A stretch of DNA of 64,000 nucleotides from Anaerolineae bacterium (GCA_024653325.1 JANLFX010000003.1:11334-75333); one strand, 5' to 3'. Numbered from the stretch's first letter, positions 30,584 through 44,254 are shown. The notes: generated from the letters alone by a model not told the origin. Numbers and translations are program-made.

Positions 30584-30645
30584 ACAAGGCTTTGGCCGGC
30601 GGTCAAAAGACCGAGGGCCAAGGGAAAACTGTTCAGGAGCAGGTT

Positions 30646-31116
30646 ATGCCGAGACGTTATCGTCCTCCCAAACGAAAAATTGAGCCTGATGTCAAATATA
30701 ACAGTGTCACAGTGGCCAAGTTCATCCACCGGTTGATGAGAAGCGGGAAGAAGAGCACGGCGGCCCGCATTCTATATGACGCATTCGACATCATCCAGGC
30801 CCGGATGCATCGTAACCCTTTGGATGTGTTTGAACAGGCCATCAAGAACGCAACCCCAGTCCTGGAAGTGAAGCCCCGGCGCGTGGGAGGTGCGGCTTAT
30901 CAGGTACCTGTAGAGGTTTCGCCGGACCGGCAATTATCTCTGGCTATGCGTTGGTTGGTACAATCAGCCCGAAGTCGTCCTGGAAAGTCCATGGCGGAGA
31001 GATTGGCCGGTGAACTGATGGATGCGGCGCAGGGTACCGGGGCTACGATTAAAAAACGGGAAGATACGCACAAAATGGCTGAGGCCAACAAGGCCTTTGC
31101 TCATTACCGCTGGTAA
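30646..31116 (+). CDS. rpsG: 30S ribosomal protein S7
   Basis: MPRR..., [29 protein letters not shown]. Confidence 0.98.
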   Translation: MPRRYRPPKRKIEPDVKYNSVTVAKFIHRLMRSGKKSTAARILYDAFDIIQARMHRNPLDVFEQAIKNATPVLEVKPRRVGGAAYQVPVEVSPDRQLSLAMRWLVQSARSRPGKSMAERLAGELMDAAQGTGATIKKREDTHKMAEANKAFAHYRW

Positions 31117-31222
31117 AGCAGTTTCCCCCTCTTCCAGGTTATTGGGTTCGCTGGGTGGTTAGCGCAGGCTCCTTTGGACTAACTGCCGAATCACTCGATT
31201 TCCTGGCTACGGAGCCATTCGA

Positions 31223-33304
31223 ATGCCACGGGAATACCCCCTGGAACGAGTACGCAATATCGGAATAATCGCCCACATTGACGCGGGCAAAACTACCACG
31301 ACCGAACGAGTGTTGTTTTACACCGGTCGCACGCACCGCATGGGCAATGTGGATGAAGGCACCACCGTCACTGATTGGATGGAGCAGGAGCGCGAACGAG
31401 GGATCACTATCACCGCGGCGGCGATTACCTGCTTCTGGCGAGAACATCAGATTAACATCATTGATACTCCAGGCCACATTGATTTCACGGCGGAAGTGCA
31501 ACGCAGTTTACGCGTGCTAGATGGTGGAATTGTGATCTTCGATGCCGTGGCCGGGGTGGAACCCCAGTCCGAGACGGTGTGGCGACAGGCAGACCGTTAT
31601 GGTGTGCCGCGAATCTGCTTCGTTAACAAAATGGACCGCACGGGGGCCAACTTTTGGCGGACGGTCAATATGATCAGGGAACGCCTGGCCGCAACTCCCG
31701 TAGCCATACAAATCCCCCTCGGAGAGGAAAACTCCTTTCGCGGGGTGGTAGACCTGCTAGAGATGCGCACCATCACTTATCTGGATGACCAGGGAGTACA
31801 CCAGGCATTCGGTGATATTCCAGATGATCTCATGGAAGAAGCCCGGGTCCATCGTGAAAAGTTGGTGGAAGCGGTGATAGAGACCGATGATGATCTCATG
31901 CTCAGGTATCTGGAGGGTGATAGTGAGATCACGGCCCAGGAATTGCGGGCTGCTCTACGACAGGCGACTTTACGGGCGGAATTAGTGCCGGTGTTATGTG
32001 GGTCTGCGTTGCGCAACAAGGGCATTCAGCCGCTCCTGGACGCGGTAGTGGACTATCTACCTTCTCCGTTGGAAGTACGTCCCGTCACCGGTGTCCACCC
32101 CAAGACGGGTGCGCTAGAAGAACGCCGGGCTGATGAACACGCGCCTTTGGCCGCCCTGGTTTTCAAGATCGCGGTTGATCCTTACGTGGGACGCCTGGCT
32201 TATTTCCGGGTCTACTCAGGGCACATAGTGGCCGGGCAGGCGGTGCGCAATGCCAACAAGGACAAGAAAGAACGTATTGGACGGCTGCTGCGCATGTATG
32301 CTAACCGGCGCGAGGAGATCCAGGAGGTTTACGCTGGCGACATCGGGGCCACGCTGGGTTTGAAGGATACTTTCACCGGAGAAACGCTGTGTGATGCCGG
32401 TCATCCCATCATTCTGGAATCTATCAAGTTCCCTGAGCCAGTAATCTCTGTAGCCATCGAACCGCGGACGGAAGCCGACCAGGACAGGTTGTCCGAAGCG
32501 CTGCAACGGCTGGCCGAGGAGGACCCCACTTTCAAGGTGCGGGTGGATGAAAACACCGGCCAGACGCTGATCTCCGGCATGGGGGAACTGCACCTGGAAG
32601 TGCTGGTGGATCGGATGCTCCGCGAGTTTAAGGTGAAAGCCTTGGTCGGGCAACCCCAAGTGGCTTATCGGGAGACGATCACCCGCCCGGCGCGCGCCGA
32701 GGGCCAGTTTATCCGCCAGACAGGTGGGCACGGGCAATATGGCCACGTGATCCTGGAGGTAGAGCCCCTGGATCAGAATAAGGGTTTCGCTTTCGAGTCG
32801 AGTATCACAGAGGCTGTGATCCCCAGGGAGTTCATTCCTGCCGTAGAACAAGGGGTACGGGAGGCAATGGAAAGCGGGCTGCTGGCTGGGTATCCCATGG
32901 TGGGTGTCAAAGCCACTCTGGTCGGCGGCTCTTACCACGAAGAGGACTCCTCAGAGCTGTCCTTCAAGGTAGCGGGATCAATGGCTTTCAGAAATGCGGT
33001 TCAGGAAGCCGGGCCGACCCTGCTGGAACCGGTGATGAAGATTGAAGTGGTTGTGCCGGAGGAGTTTATCGGGGACGTGATTGCTGATCTGAGTGCCAGG
33101 AAAGCCCGGATCGAGGGCATGGAACCGCGCAGTGGTGGTGTGCAGGTGGTGAGGGCCTCTGCCCCACTGTTTGGAATGTTTGGATACGCCACTGCTTTGC
33201 GCTCATTGACTCAAGGTCGAGGTACTTTCACCATGGAATTCGACCATTATTCTGAGGTTGCCCCTGAAGTAAAAGAACGGATTTTGATGGGTGGGTGGCG
33301 GTAG
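31223..33304 (+). CDS. fusA: Elongation factor G
   Basis: [24 protein letters not shown]. Confidence 0.98.
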   Translation: MPREYPLERVRNIGIIAHIDAGKTTTTERVLFYTGRTHRMGNVDEGTTVTDWMEQERERGITITAAAITCFWREHQINIIDTPGHIDFTAEVQRSLRVLDGGIVIFDAVAGVEPQSETVWRQADRYGVPRICFVNKMDRTGANFWRTVNMIRERLAATPVAIQIPLGEENSFRGVVDLLEMRTITYLDDQGVHQAFGDIPDDLMEEARVHREKLVEAVIETDDDLMLRYLEGDSEITAQELRAALRQATLRAELVPVLCGSALRNKGIQPLLDAVVDYLPSPLEVRPVTGVHPKTGALEERRADEHAPLAALVFKIAVDPYVGRLAYFRVYSGHIVAGQAVRNANKDKKERIGRLLRMYANRREEIQEVYAGDIGATLGLKDTFTGETLCDAGHPIILESIKFPEPVISVAIEPRTEADQDRLSEALQRLAEEDPTFKVRVDENTGQTLISGMGELHLEVLVDRMLREFKVKALVGQPQVAYRETITRPARAEGQFIRQTGGHGQYGHVILEVEPLDQNKGFAFESSITEAVIPREFIPAVEQGVREAMESGLLAGYPMVGVKATLVGGSYHEEDSSELSFKVAGSMAFRNAVQEAGPTLLEPVMKIEVVVPEEFIGDVIADLSARKARIEGMEPRSGGVQVVRASAPLFGMFGYATALRSLTQGRGTFTMEFDHYSEVAPEVKERILMGGWR

Positions 33305-33472
33305 CTTACGGGCTATCCTCTGCCCCCCACTTGAACCCGAGAAAGAATTTAATTGACAAACAAAATAATTTTTAGGTGGGTTTTGGGCCCGCTCCCCGCC
33401 GTGGTCTAGATCTACGAGGGGAGAAGTGGCCTCTCCAGAAATCCTGGTAATTGATGGAAAGGAGAAATCTAA

Positions 33473-34690
<1,218 letters not shown>

Positions 34691-34703
34691 CAGATGTACC
34701 TGA

Positions 34704-34739
34704 TGGGGCGAGGTGTGTCTCACGTTGCACCTCGCCCCA
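34704..34739 (+). other. Strong hairpin between tuf and rpsJ, no U-tract
   Basis: TGGGGCGAGGTG...CACCTCGCCCCA. Confidence 0.6.
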
Positions 34740-34758
34740 CTATGGTGAGAGAGAGACT

Positions 34759-35067
34759 ATGGCTAAACAGAGAATTAGAATACGCCTGAAGGCTTACGAT
34801 CATCGGGTTTTAGACCAGTCGGCGCGACGCATTGTGGAAACAGCGGAGCGCACAGGAGCACAGGTGGTAGGACCGGTTCCCCTGCCCACCAAGATTGAGC
34901 GGTTTACGGTGCAGCGCTCCCCTTTCGTAGACAAGGATTCTCAGGAGCACTTTGAGATTCGCACTCATAAGCGGCTTATTGATGTCATTGACCCTGGCTC
35001 TAAGACCATTGATTCTCTCATGCGTCTTAACCTGCCGGCTGGTGTAGACATCGAAATCAAAATGTAA
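34759..35067 (+). CDS. rpsJ: 30S ribosomal protein S10
   Basis: [18 protein letters not shown]. Confidence 0.98.
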   Translation: MAKQRIRIRLKAYDHRVLDQSARRIVETAERTGAQVVGPVPLPTKIERFTVQRSPFVDKDSQEHFEIRTHKRLIDVIDPGSKTIDSLMRLNLPAGVDIEIKM

Positions 35068-35175
35068 GTTCTGACGAGGCCCTTTCTTTTACCTCTGTGA
35101 TGTTTTCTAAAAGATGGTACGGGTGGTTAGGAGGGAACTCGGGGAACTGGGGGAAACTTGCCCTGTGGAGGAAAT

Positions 35176-35808
35176 ATGAAGGGTATTTTAGGCAAGAAAG
35201 TGGGCATGACCCAGATATTCGACGAGCGCGGGGACGTTATCCCGGTGACAGTAATCGAGGCCGGGCCTTGCTTCGTCGTTCAAAAAAGGACAAAAGAACG
35301 GGATGGTTATCGAGGCATCCAGTTGGGTTTCGAGGAGGTCAAGCCCAAGCGTTTAAACAAGGGTCAGCTCGGCCATTTGCGCAAGAATAACATGCCTCCG
35401 CTGCGCTATCTGCGCGAGATTCGCATCTCCGAAAAAGATGAATACGAAGAGGGGCAGAAAATTACGGTTGGCATTTTCACCGTAGGCGAGCGAGTAGACG
35501 TAGTGGGTGTTTCCAAAGGGCGCGGTTTTGCCGGCACGGTTAAGCGCCACGGCTTCAACCGCCAACCCAAGACCCATGGCCAGTCCGACCGCGAACGTGC
35601 GCCGGGCTCCATTGGTTCTACGACCACGCCGGGACGGGTGTACAAGGGCAAGCGCATGGCCGGTCACATGGGAAACGCGCGGGTCACGGCGCAGAACTTG
35701 CAGGTGGTAATGGTAGACCCGGAACGCAACCTGCTGGCCGTTAAGGGAGCAGTGCCGGGAGCGCGAGGCGGGCTGGTGATCATCAAAGAGGCAAGGAAGC
35801 AAGGGTAG
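35176..35808 (+). CDS. rplC: 50S ribosomal protein L3
   Basis: [28 protein letters not shown]. Confidence 0.98.
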   Translation: MKGILGKKVGMTQIFDERGDVIPVTVIEAGPCFVVQKRTKERDGYRGIQLGFEEVKPKRLNKGQLGHLRKNNMPPLRYLREIRISEKDEYEEGQKITVGIFTVGERVDVVGVSKGRGFAGTVKRHGFNRQPKTHGQSDRERAPGSIGSTTTPGRVYKGKRMAGHMGNARVTAQNLQVVMVDPERNLLAVKGAVPGARGGLVIIKEARKQG

Positions 35809-35918
35809 GTCAAATCCCAACCTCACTACGTTGCGTGCCTGACTACGAACGCTCCACGATTGAGTGCGGTGCTACCGCCTCACTGTGATGAAGAATTATC
35901 AGTAACCAGAGGTGATAA

Positions 35919-36542
35919 ATGTTGCGAGTGGCAGTTTACAACGCAGATGGTGAAACGGTTGGCGAGACTGAACTGCGTGAGGATATATTCGGCATCGAGC
36001 CTAACATAGCGGTGATGCATCAGGCACTGTTGCGACAGTTAGCCAACGCCCGCCTGGGCACACACAAGGCCAAGACGCGGGGTGAGGTGAGCGGCACAAC
36101 GCAAAAAGTCTGGCGGCAGAAGGGCACCGGCCGGGCGCGCCACGGTTCGCGGAAGGTTAACCTGTGGCGAGGTGGCGGTGTCGCCCACGGGCCACGGCCG
36201 CGCAGCTACGAACAACAGATGCCGCGCAAAATGCGCCGCCTGGCTTTGCGCTCCGCCCTCTCGGTGAAGGCCGCTGACGGTCAGATCGTCTGCCTGGATC
36301 GCCTGGAGATAGACGAGCCGAAAACGCGGACCATGGCCGAGGTTCTGGAACGGCTGGGTCTGGATACCAGCGTGCTCATCCTATTACCGGAGCGCAACGA
36401 GAACGTGGAAAAATCGGTGCGCAACATCCCGGATGTGCGCACTTTGCGGGCCGGCTATCTGAACGTCCGCGACCTTTTGGACTACGACTTTTTGCTGATG
36501 CCCCTGGGCGCGCTGAGGGAAATCGAGAGGATTCTGGGTTGA
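35919..36542 (+). CDS. rplD: 50S ribosomal protein L4
   Basis: RQKGTGRARHGS. Confidence 0.98.
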   Translation: MLRVAVYNADGETVGETELREDIFGIEPNIAVMHQALLRQLANARLGTHKAKTRGEVSGTTQKVWRQKGTGRARHGSRKVNLWRGGGVAHGPRPRSYEQQMPRKMRRLALRSALSVKAADGQIVCLDRLEIDEPKTRTMAEVLERLGLDTSVLILLPERNENVEKSVRNIPDVRTLRAGYLNVRDLLDYDFLLMPLGALREIERILG

Positions 36543-36559
36543 GGTTGGAGGAATTAGCG

Positions 36560-36850
36560 ATGCACGCTTATGAGATTCTAAGGCGACCGGTTCTCACCGA
36601 GAAAAGCAATTTGCAGGCAGACTATCTCGGCCAATACACTTTCGAAGTGGACCGCCGGGCCAACAAGCATCAGGTGAAAAAAGCCGTAGAGGAAGTGTTT
36701 AACGTCCAGGTGGTGGCGGTGAACATTGTCAACATGCCGGCAAAGATGGGACGCTATGGCCGACGCCGGGTGGTACGCATCCCGGCCTGGAAAAAGGCGA
36801 TCGTTACCCTGGCCCCGGGACAGCGGATTGAGATTTTCGAGGGCGTGTAA
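36560..36850 (+). CDS. rplW: 50S ribosomal protein L23
   Basis: RPVLTEKS, WKKAIVTL. Confidence 0.97.
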   Translation: MHAYEILRRPVLTEKSNLQADYLGQYTFEVDRRANKHQVKKAVEEVFNVQVVAVNIVNMPAKMGRYGRRRVVRIPAWKKAIVTLAPGQRIEIFEGV

Positions 36851-36980
36851 AAGGTGTGGAGTGGCGGGCGGCGAAGCCGCAAGCATTGAGCGAATGCGAG
36901 GTATCGCCTGCCACCCTGGTACGGGTTATTCCGGCTGGATGTAACCAGGTACCAGCAGCTTGCGAAGTTAAGGAGTAATC

Positions 36981-37814
36981 ATGGCTATCAAAGTATACAA
37001 GCCTACCTCGCCTGGACGACGAGGGATGACAGCTTCTACATTCGAGGAGATAACTGCTACCGAACCGGAACGGTCCTTGCTAACCTCCTTGCACAGACGT
37101 GCAGGACGGAACGTGCGCGGAAAGATTACTGTCCGCCATCAGGGTGGCGGGCATAAACGCCGTTATCGGATCATTGATTTCAAAAGGGATAAAGTGGGGA
37201 TTCCGGCCCGGGTGGCCTCCATTGAATATGATCCGAACCGCTCGGCACGTATTGCCTTGCTGATCTACGCCGACGGCGAAAAGCGGTACATCATCGCCCC
37301 TTTGGAACTGATGGTCGGCGATACGGTGATGAGCGGACCGGGGGCGGAGTTGCGGGTGGGCAACGCATTGCCTCTCGCCAATATTCCAACAGGCACCTTG
37401 ATTCATAACATCGAACTGCAGCCGGGTAAAGGCGGGCAATTGGCTCGGGCGGCAGGCACATCGGCCCAGTTGATGGCCAAGGAAGGGGATTATGCCCATG
37501 TGCGTTTGCCCAGTGGAGAGGTGCGGCTCGTGCATCAGCGGTGTATGGCTACCATTGGGCAGGTAGGCAATACCGATCATGGGAACATTTCGCTGGGCAA
37601 AGCAGGTCGTAAGCGACACCTGGGTTGGCGGCCAGCGGTCCGTGGCTCGGCAATGACTCCCCGCGACCATCCTCATGGCGGTGGCGAGGGGCGTTCACCC
37701 ATCGGGATGCCTTCGCCCAAATCACCGTGGGGCAAGCCCACGTTGGGCAAAAAGACGCGGCGTAACAAAGCCACCGATAAGTGGATCGTTCGCCGGCGGG
37801 GTAAGAAACGGTGA
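36981..37814 (+). CDS. rplB: 50S ribosomal protein L2
   Basis: [17 protein letters not shown]. Confidence 0.98.
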   Translation: MAIKVYKPTSPGRRGMTASTFEEITATEPERSLLTSLHRRAGRNVRGKITVRHQGGGHKRRYRIIDFKRDKVGIPARVASIEYDPNRSARIALLIYADGEKRYIIAPLELMVGDTVMSGPGAELRVGNALPLANIPTGTLIHNIELQPGKGGQLARAAGTSAQLMAKEGDYAHVRLPSGEVRLVHQRCMATIGQVGNTDHGNISLGKAGRKRHLGWRPAVRGSAMTPRDHPHGGGEGRSPIGMPSPKSPWGKPTLGKKTRRNKATDKWIVRRRGKKR

Positions 37815-37872
37815 TCAATGACCAATGAGCTAATGACCAAATTGGTGAATTGGGATTTGCTACAGGAGGTGG

Positions 37873-38169
37873 ATGGTGTCGAGATCGTTGAAAAAGGGGC
37901 CTTACGTAGAGGCCAAGCTGCTTAAGAAGATCGAGGAAATGAACAAACGTGGTGAGAAGCGGGTCATTAGAACCTGGTCCAGAGCTTCTACGATCTTCCC
38001 GCAGATGGTAGGGCATACGTTGGCCGTGCACGATGGGCGACGGCACGTGCCCATCTACATCACGGAGAACATGGTTGGTCACAAGCTTGGTGAATTTGCC
38101 CCGACACGCACTTACCGAGGGCACGTGGCCAAAGAGAAAAAGACCCGCATCAAGCAGCAAAGCCAGTGA
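37873..38169 (+). CDS. rpsS: 30S ribosomal protein S19
   Basis: [21 protein letters not shown]. Confidence 0.98.
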   Translation: MVSRSLKKGPYVEAKLLKKIEEMNKRGEKRVIRTWSRASTIFPQMVGHTLAVHDGRRHVPIYITENMVGHKLGEFAPTRTYRGHVAKEKKTRIKQQSQ

Positions 38170-38205
38170 GATTGAGCTGGTCATTACGAGCAGTGGAGTA
38201 AGAAA

Positions 38206-38550
38206 ATGGCTTTTGAAACTAAAGCGGTGGTGCGCTATGTGCGAATGTCTCCTCAGAAAGTGCGCCTGGTCGCCGATCGGGTGCGAGGGATGATGGCAGT
38301 GGATGCTCTGACCGTTTTGCAGCACATGCCCCAGGCGGCGGCGCTCCCGGTATATAAGGTGATCAAATCGGCGATAGCCAACGCCGAAGAGAATATTGGT
38401 TTGGACCGCGAGGACTTATACATCTCGCAGTTGACAGTGGACGGAGGGCCGATGATGAAGCGTTGGCGGGCGGGTGCCCGTGGCCGCTATAAGCCGATTC
38501 TCAAAAGGTCCTCACATATCACCGTGGTGCTGAGCGAGGTGGGGGAATAA
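38206..38550 (+). CDS. rplV: 50S ribosomal protein L22
   Basis: SPQKVRLV, SAIANAE, KRSSHITV. Confidence 0.97.
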   Translation: MAFETKAVVRYVRMSPQKVRLVADRVRGMMAVDALTVLQHMPQAAALPVYKVIKSAIANAEENIGLDREDLYISQLTVDGGPMMKRWRAGARGRYKPILKRSSHITVVLSEVGE

Positions 38551-38560
38551 GCGGTTAAGA

Positions 38561-38680
38561 GTCTAGTTGCCAGTTGTCAGTTGCTGGTTGCTAGTCGCCA
38601 GTTGCTGGCTGGTGGTTGACCTATGGGAGTGACAAGAACCAGCAACTAGCAATCACAACCAGCAACCAGTAACCAGCAAA
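38561..38680. repeat. Inverted pair of degenerate 7-bp tandem arrays
   Basis: (GTTGCYR)n followed by (AACCAGC)n. Confidence 0.75.
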
Positions 38681-38690
38681 GGAGGATTCA

Positions 38691-39374
38691 TTGGGTCGAA
38701 AAGTACATCCGACCGGGTTCCGATTAGGAATTATCAAGGATTGGGATGCCCGCTGGTATGCAGAGGGTGAAGAGTACGCAACCCTTCTCCATGAGGATAT
38801 GGCGATTCGACGCTTGATCCGGGAGAAAATGGGACGGGCGGGCATTTCGCGGATCGAGATTGAGCGTTTCCCTAAACAGGTTAACATCATCATCCACACT
38901 GCTAAACCGGGGATTATCATTGGCCGCCGAGGAGCGATGGTGAAGCAATTGCGCAACGACCTGGAGGAATTAACCGGCAAGCGCATTCGCGTGGATGTAA
39001 ATGAGATAGAGCAACCGGACCTGGATGCCTACTTAGTGGCTGAGAACATCGCCACCCAGCTCGAGCACCGCATTTCCCACAGCCGGGCGATGAAACGCGC
39101 CGTCCGCCAGGCGATGCGGCTGGGAGCCAAAGGAGTCAAGATTTCCTGTAAGGGACGCCTGGCTGGTGCAGAAATGGCCCGTGGGGAGTGGGTTCGTGAG
39201 GGGCGGGTGCCGTTACACACTTTGCGAGCGGACATTGACTACGGTCAGGCAGAGGCGCTCACCACTTACGGGCGGATTGGCATCAAGGTATGGATTTACA
39301 AGGGTGAGGTCCTGCAGCAAAAGCCGGTGGAAGAACCGGTTGTTTCTGATTCTGAGGCCATGGAAATCGAATAG
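38691..39374 (+). CDS. rpsC: 30S ribosomal protein S3
   Basis: [26 protein letters not shown]. Confidence 0.98.
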   Translation: MGRKVHPTGFRLGIIKDWDARWYAEGEEYATLLHEDMAIRRLIREKMGRAGISRIEIERFPKQVNIIIHTAKPGIIIGRRGAMVKQLRNDLEELTGKRIRVDVNEIEQPDLDAYLVAENIATQLEHRISHSRAMKRAVRQAMRLGAKGVKISCKGRLAGAEMARGEWVREGRVPLHTLRADIDYGQAEALTTYGRIGIKVWIYKGEVLQQKPVEEPVVSDSEAMEIE

Positions 39375-39375
39375 C

Positions 39376-39410
39376 CAGGCAACGGTCACTTCCAAAGTGG
39401 CTGTCACCTG
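39376..39410. repeat. AGGTG...CACCT family palindrome (degenerate)
   Basis: CAGGCAACGGTCACTTCCAAAGTGGCTGTCACCTG. Confidence 0.7.
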
Positions 39411-39429
39411 ACCTGAAGGAGTGGGTGCA

Positions 39430-39861
39430 ATGTTGATGCCCAAGCGGGTGAAATATCGAAAACAGCAACGAGGTCGGATGAAGGGGCGGGCGCGACGTGG
39501 CGCCGAGGTGACATTCGGCGACTATGGTTTACAGGCACTGGAACCGTGCTGGATGACCAGCCGCCAAATCGAAGCAGCGCGGCGGGCCATTGTCCGCCAC
39601 GTCAAGCGGCGCGGTAAACTTTGGATCCGCATCTTCCCCGACAAGCCGGTCACCAAAAAACCAGCGGAAACGCGCATGGGCAAAGGCAAAGGGGCAGTGG
39701 ATCATTGGGCGGCAGTGGTCAAACCCGGACGCATTATCTTTGAGATCTCCGGAATCGAGGAGAGCACAGCCCGGGAGGCAATGCGTCTGGCAGCGCACAA
39801 GTTGCCTATCAGGACCCAGTTTGTGATGCGTCACGATCTTATTGCCGGGAGTGAGGAATAA
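39430..39861 (+). CDS. rplP: 50S ribosomal protein L16
   Basis: [20 protein letters not shown]. Confidence 0.98.
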   Translation: MLMPKRVKYRKQQRGRMKGRARRGAEVTFGDYGLQALEPCWMTSRQIEAARRAIVRHVKRRGKLWIRIFPDKPVTKKPAETRMGKGKGAVDHWAAVVKPGRIIFEISGIEESTAREAMRLAAHKLPIRTQFVMRHDLIAGSEE

Positions 39862-40073
39862 TGGAGGCTCGAGAATTGCGCAAAATGACCACGGAAGAAC
39901 TCCGCGCCAAGTTAGATGAGTCTTACGAGCGGTTGATGAATTTTCGCTTTCAGTTGTCCATCAAGCAACTGAAAGACCATAATTTGTTGACCAGCACGAA
40001 GCGAGACATTGCTCGCCTGAAAACTATCCTGAGAGAGCGTGAATTGGCCCAGGAAGAGGAGAGGGTTGAATGA
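39861..40073 (+). CDS. rpmC: 50S ribosomal protein L29
   Basis: [13 protein letters not shown]; operon position. Confidence 0.96.
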   Translation: MEARELRKMTTEELRAKLDESYERLMNFRFQLSIKQLKDHNLLTSTKRDIARLKTILRERELAQEEERVE

Positions 40074-40345
40074 GAGAGCGACGAAAGCAGTTGATCGGGC
40101 GAGTAGTAAGCAACAAAATGGATAAGACAGTCGTCGTCAAAGTGGAGCGTTTGCAGCGGCATAGTCTTTACAAGAAGGTCATGCGCAGAAGCAAGAAGTA
40201 CAAAGCCCACGATGAGCACAACTCATGCCAGGTGGGTGATCTGGTCCGGATTGTGGAGTCACGTCCGTTAAGCCGCGAGAAACGCTGGGTCGTCGAAGAA
40301 ATTCTGGAGGCCGGGGGCGCCGAAAGCCAACCGGTCATCGAATAG
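40070..40345 (+). CDS. rpsQ: 30S ribosomal protein S17
   Basis: [19 protein letters not shown]. Confidence 0.97.
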   Translation: MRERRKQLIGRVVSNKMDKTVVVKVERLQRHSLYKKVMRRSKKYKAHDEHNSCQVGDLVRIVESRPLSREKRWVVEEILEAGGAESQPVIE

Positions 40346-40363
40346 CCAGCGTCGGAGGAGAAG

Positions 40364-40735
40364 ATGATTCAGCAAGAAACCAGATTGCGAGTGGCCGACA
40401 ACACCGGCGCCAAGGAGATCCTGTGTATCCACGTGATGGGTGGTTCCCGGCGACGCTATGGCTATGTCGGCGATATAATCGTTGCTTCGGTGAAACAGGC
40501 TACGCCTACCGGCTCGGTAAAGAAGGGTGACGTGGTACGGGCGGTCATCGTGCGCACGGCGAAAGAATATGGGCGTAGCGACGGATCCTATATCAAGTTT
40601 GATGATAATGCGGCGGTGATCCTCGACGGTACCACCACCAACCCGAAAGGCACCCGTATATTCGGGCCGGTGGCTCGTGAATTACGCGATAAAGGGTTTA
40701 TGAAGATCATCTCGCTGGCGCCGGAGGTACTCTAG
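40364..40735 (+). CDS. rplN: 50S ribosomal protein L14
   Basis: [20 protein letters not shown]. Confidence 0.98.
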   Translation: MIQQETRLRVADNTGAKEILCIHVMGGSRRRYGYVGDIIVASVKQATPTGSVKKGDVVRAVIVRTAKEYGRSDGSYIKFDDNAAVILDGTTTNPKGTRIFGPVARELRDKGFMKIISLAPEVL

Positions 40736-40787
40736 CCGTACAAACGCGGAGGCCACTATGCCCCCGCATAAGCAGGAGATGCAGGCC

Positions 40788-41108
40788 ATGAAGATCAAGA
40801 AGGGTGATACGGTAGAAGTAATCACAGGGGAGGACCGAAAGAAAAGGGGCACGGTGCGTCAGGTCTTTCCGCGCAAAGGCCGGATAGTGGTTTCGGGTAT
40901 CAACCTGGTAAAGAAACATCAGCGACGTATGCCTACTGAGGGCCGCAGCCAGGCCGAAGGTGGTATCATCGAGTTTGAAGCGCCGATTCATGTTTCCAAC
41001 GTGATGTTGGTCTGTCCCACTTGTAAGAAGCCGACCCGGGTGGGATACGACTTGAGTGGCGGGACGAAAGTGCGAATTTGCAAACGTTGTCGGGCGGTAA
41101 TTGAGTGA
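40788..41108 (+). CDS. rplX: 50S ribosomal protein L24
   Basis: MKIKKGDTVEVITG, EAPIHVSNV. Confidence 0.97.
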   Translation: MKIKKGDTVEVITGEDRKKRGTVRQVFPRKGRIVVSGINLVKKHQRRMPTEGRSQAEGGIIEFEAPIHVSNVMLVCPTCKKPTRVGYDLSGGTKVRICKRCRAVIE

Positions 41109-41149
41109 AGCTTGCCCTGGGTCCCGCTATAGTTGAGGAGAGATAAAAG

Positions 41150-41692
41150 ATGCCGAGGTTAAAGGAACGATACAAACAACAAGTGATCCCGGCGATGATG
41201 GAAGCGTTCCATTACCGTAATGTGATGGAGGTACCGCGCCTGCAAAAGATCGTGGTCAATGTGGGCTTGGGAGAAGCGTTGCAAGATGCGAAGGCGCTGG
41301 ATTACGCTGTGCAGGATATCACAGTCATCACCGGACAGCGACCGGTGATCACTCGGGCGCGGAAATCTATCGCCGGTTTCAAGCTGCGGGCCGGAAGGGC
41401 GATTGGCGTGAAAGTTACCCTGCGGGGCGATCGCATGTGGGACTTCTTCGACCGTCTATGTAACATCGCGCTTCCCCGAAAGCGTGACTTTCGGGGCATC
41501 TCACCCGATGCTTTCGACGGTCGGGGCAACTATACGCTGGGCCTGGATGAACAGTTAGTGTGGCCAGAGATTAAGTACGATGCTATTGACAAGGTTCGGG
41601 GGATGGAGATCACCATCGTGACCACGGCCAAAACTGACGAGGAAGGGCGGGAATTATTATCCCTGTTGGGGATGCCGTTTCGGAAGGGTTAG
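41150..41692 (+). CDS. rplE: 50S ribosomal protein L5
   Basis: [17 protein letters not shown]. Confidence 0.98.
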   Translation: MPRLKERYKQQVIPAMMEAFHYRNVMEVPRLQKIVVNVGLGEALQDAKALDYAVQDITVITGQRPVITRARKSIAGFKLRAGRAIGVKVTLRGDRMWDFFDRLCNIALPRKRDFRGISPDAFDGRGNYTLGLDEQLVWPEIKYDAIDKVRGMEITIVTTAKTDEEGRELLSLLGMPFRKG

Positions 41693-41732
41693 CAAGGGTG
41701 GCGGCTATGGAGAGCCGCCCTACGACTAACAA

Positions 41733-41885
41733 ACTGGACTCTGGCGTTTTGGACTTGTAGTGACGACTTTAGTCGTCTGCAGGCGGAAAAGAGCGACTGA
41801 AGTCGCTACTACGAATCTACATCTTGTAGCAATGAAACAACTGCCTACAATGTGTAGCGGTGCTCAAAATTCGCCAGACTCCAGT
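41733..41885. mobile_element. MITE-like element containing a REP doublet
   Basis: Imperfect terminal inverted repeats ACTGGACTCTGGCGTTTT / AAAATTCGCCAGACTCCAGT around a GTAG doublet; right end shares 15 bp with 15184-15198. Confidence 0.6.
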
Positions 41886-41935
41886 AACAAATTCTCCCGC
41901 AGTGCGGGAGGGTATAGTGGTGTTAAGGAGGAAAT

Positions 41936-42118
41936 GTGGCCAAAACGAGCATGATTTATCGGGAGCTACGACGGAAGTACAAAGTGCGAGTGCGCAATCG
42001 GTGTCAGCGGTGCGGTCGTCCCCGTGGATATATTCGTCGTTTCAAGTTGTGTCGCGTCTGTTTCCGCGAATTAGCTTCAGCGGGACAGATTCCCGGCGTC
42101 GTGAAGTCGAGCTGGTAG
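41936..42118 (+). CDS. rpsN: 30S ribosomal protein S14 type Z (zinc-binding)
   Basis: RCQRCGRPR...LCRVCFRE...KSSW. Confidence 0.97.
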   Translation: MAKTSMIYRELRRKYKVRVRNRCQRCGRPRGYIRRFKLCRVCFRELASAGQIPGVVKSSW

Positions 42119-42205
42119 AACAATCGTGTGCTGTCCGCAGGCCCACGGCACTAATGCCTGTTCTGGGCTGCGTCCTGGGCGCAACCGAGTGAGGAGAATA
42201 GTTTA

Positions 42206-42613
42206 ATGAGCAATCCCGATCCAATTGCTGACATGCTGACCCGTATAAGGAATGCCTCAATGGCCGGGCATAGTTATGTAGCCGTGCCCAGTTCAAAAAC
42301 CAAGTTGGCTATTGTCCGCATTCTCAAGGATGAAGGCTACATCCAGGATTTTGTTGTAACTGGCGACCGTCCACAACCGATGATTCGCATCTGGCTCAAG
42401 TATGTGGGTGAGCGTCGAGAGCGCCGCCCCATGATCACCGGTTTGAAACGGGTGAGTAAGCCGGGCTGCCGAGTCTATGTGAAAAAAGAGCGCATCCCTT
42501 GGGTGTTAAGTGGCATGGGCATTGCTATTCTGTCCACGTCCAAGGGGGTGGTGACCGGCCAGCAGGCGCGGCGGTTGAACATCGGTGGCGAGTTGCTTTG
42601 TTATGTGTGGTAA
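42206..42613 (+). CDS. rpsH: 30S ribosomal protein S8
   Basis: [21 protein letters not shown]. Confidence 0.98.
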   Translation: MSNPDPIADMLTRIRNASMAGHSYVAVPSSKTKLAIVRILKDEGYIQDFVVTGDRPQPMIRIWLKYVGERRERRPMITGLKRVSKPGCRVYVKKERIPWVLSGMGIAILSTSKGVVTGQQARRLNIGGELLCYVW

Positions 42614-42656
42614 GCGGGTGGGCGGCCAATAACAAGCAGGTGGGAGGTGGTTTTCA

Positions 42657-43205
42657 GTGTCACGAATTGGCAGAATGCCTATCCCTGTGCCTAAAGGGGT
42701 ACAGGTAAATATTGAGAAAAATCGTATTACGGTGCGTGGCCCCCGCGGTGAGCTGACCCGTACATTCCATCCGGATATGATGGTGACTTTGCAGGATGGT
42801 CATCTGGTGGTCACCCGACCTACTGATCAGCGGCATCATCGGGCCCTTCATGGGCTGACCCGCGCGTTGCTGGCTAACATGGTGACCGGGGTAAGCCAGG
42901 GTTTCCGCAAGGTGTTGCAGGTGGAAGGTGTGGGATACCGGGCGGAATTACAGGGCAACACACTGGTCCTGAATGTGGGTTTCTCGCATCCGGTGGAGTT
43001 CAAGCCGCCAGCGGGTATTACCTTTCAGGTTGAGCAGAAAACCAAGCTTATCACTGTGGAGGGCGTGGACAAGGAATTGGTGGGTGAGGTGGCTGCTCGC
43101 ATCAGAAAAGTTCGCCCGCCAGAACCGTACAAGGGCAAGGGTATCAGGTATCAAGACGAACACATTCGCCGCAAAGCTGGGAAAGCCGGCAAGGTTGGCA
43201 TGTAA
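42657..43205 (+). CDS. rplF: 50S ribosomal protein L6
   Basis: MSRIG, PEPYKGKGIRY. Confidence 0.98.
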   Translation: MSRIGRMPIPVPKGVQVNIEKNRITVRGPRGELTRTFHPDMMVTLQDGHLVVTRPTDQRHHRALHGLTRALLANMVTGVSQGFRKVLQVEGVGYRAELQGNTLVLNVGFSHPVEFKPPAGITFQVEQKTKLITVEGVDKELVGEVAARIRKVRPPEPYKGKGIRYQDEHIRRKAGKAGKVGM

Positions 43206-43294
43206 GCCGTGAGCGGCGCCTTGTACGCTTTGTTAGGCAAAGCGCCACATCGGTAGGCTGGTGTGGTGGATAACTGGTCTTGAGGAAGGAAAGC

Positions 43295-43660
43295 ATGATG
43301 AGTGAAAAAAGCAGACTGGCACGGAAACGGCGGCATCAGCGCGTGCGGGCAAAAGTGAGGGGTACCAGCGAACGCCCGCGGTTGAATGTGTTCCGCAGCC
43401 TGACACATATCTATGCTCAGATCATAGACGATGGCCGGGGTCACACTCTGGTTTCTGCTTCTACCTTAGACCCTGAGGTGAGGGACAAGATAAAGGGTCT
43501 GAGCAAAACCGAGCAGGCCAGGTTGGTAGGGCAGGTGTTGGCTCAGCGGGCCCTGGCGCGCGGTGTGCGGCAGGTGGTGTTTGATCGCGGCGGGTATCTG
43601 TATCATGGCCGGGTGAAAGCATTGGCCGATGGATCCCGTGAGGGTGGGCTGGAATTTTAA
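43295..43660 (+). CDS. rplR: 50S ribosomal protein L18
   Basis: [21 protein letters not shown]. Confidence 0.97.
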   Translation: MMSEKSRLARKRRHQRVRAKVRGTSERPRLNVFRSLTHIYAQIIDDGRGHTLVSASTLDPEVRDKIKGLSKTEQARLVGQVLAQRALARGVRQVVFDRGGYLYHGRVKALADGSREGGLEF

Positions 43661-43729
43661 TTTAAAAACCCTCCCGCAGGTTCTAAACCTGCAAGAGGGT
43701 AGGGCTTTAAGCCGATTTGAGGAGGTCGA

Positions 43730-44254
43730 ATGGCACGAGGGGAGTTCGAAGAACGCGAGGAACTGGATGAACGGGTGGTGGATATCACTCGCGTGGCGAA
43801 AGTGATCAAGGGGGGCCGGCATTTCGGATTCCGCGCCGTGGTGGTAGTCGGTGATAACCAGGGCAACGTCGGCGTTGGAGTGGGCAAGGCCCGTGGCGTG
43901 CCGGACGCTATCCGCAAGGGTGCCGAGCGCGCCCGCCGGAATATGCGCTCCATTGCTCTGGTAGGGACTACCATACCTCATGAAGTCATATCCTCGTATG
44001 GTGGGGCTCAAGTGCTACTGAAACCAGCCTCTCCGGGTACGGGGGTGGTCGCTGGCGGTGGAGTTCGGGCAGTGGTCGAAGCGGCGGGGATCAAGGATAT
44101 CCTGACCAAGTCTTTGGGCAGTTCTAACATCCTCAATGTAGTACGGGCCACGATGCGTGGCCTGGAACAACTCAAACACGTCGAGGAGGAGGCTCGCCTG
44201 CGGGACAAATCCATCCGCGAGGTGAGCCCTTATTGGAGTCGGGGCAATGTCTAG
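43730..44254 (+). CDS. rpsE: 30S ribosomal protein S5
   Basis: [22 protein letters not shown]. Confidence 0.98.
   Translation: MARGEFEEREELDERVVDITRVAKVIKGGRHFGFRAVVVVGDNQGNVGVGVGKARGVPDAIRKGAERARRNMRSIALVGTTIPHEVISSYGGAQVLLKPASPGTGVVAGGGVRAVVEAAGIKDILTKSLGSSNILNVVRATMRGLEQLKHVEEEARLRDKSIREVSPYWSRGNV

Noticed and set aside
33353..33385. Internal tuf promoter at TTGACA
   Set aside because: No acceptable -10 hexamer at 16-18 bp spacing.
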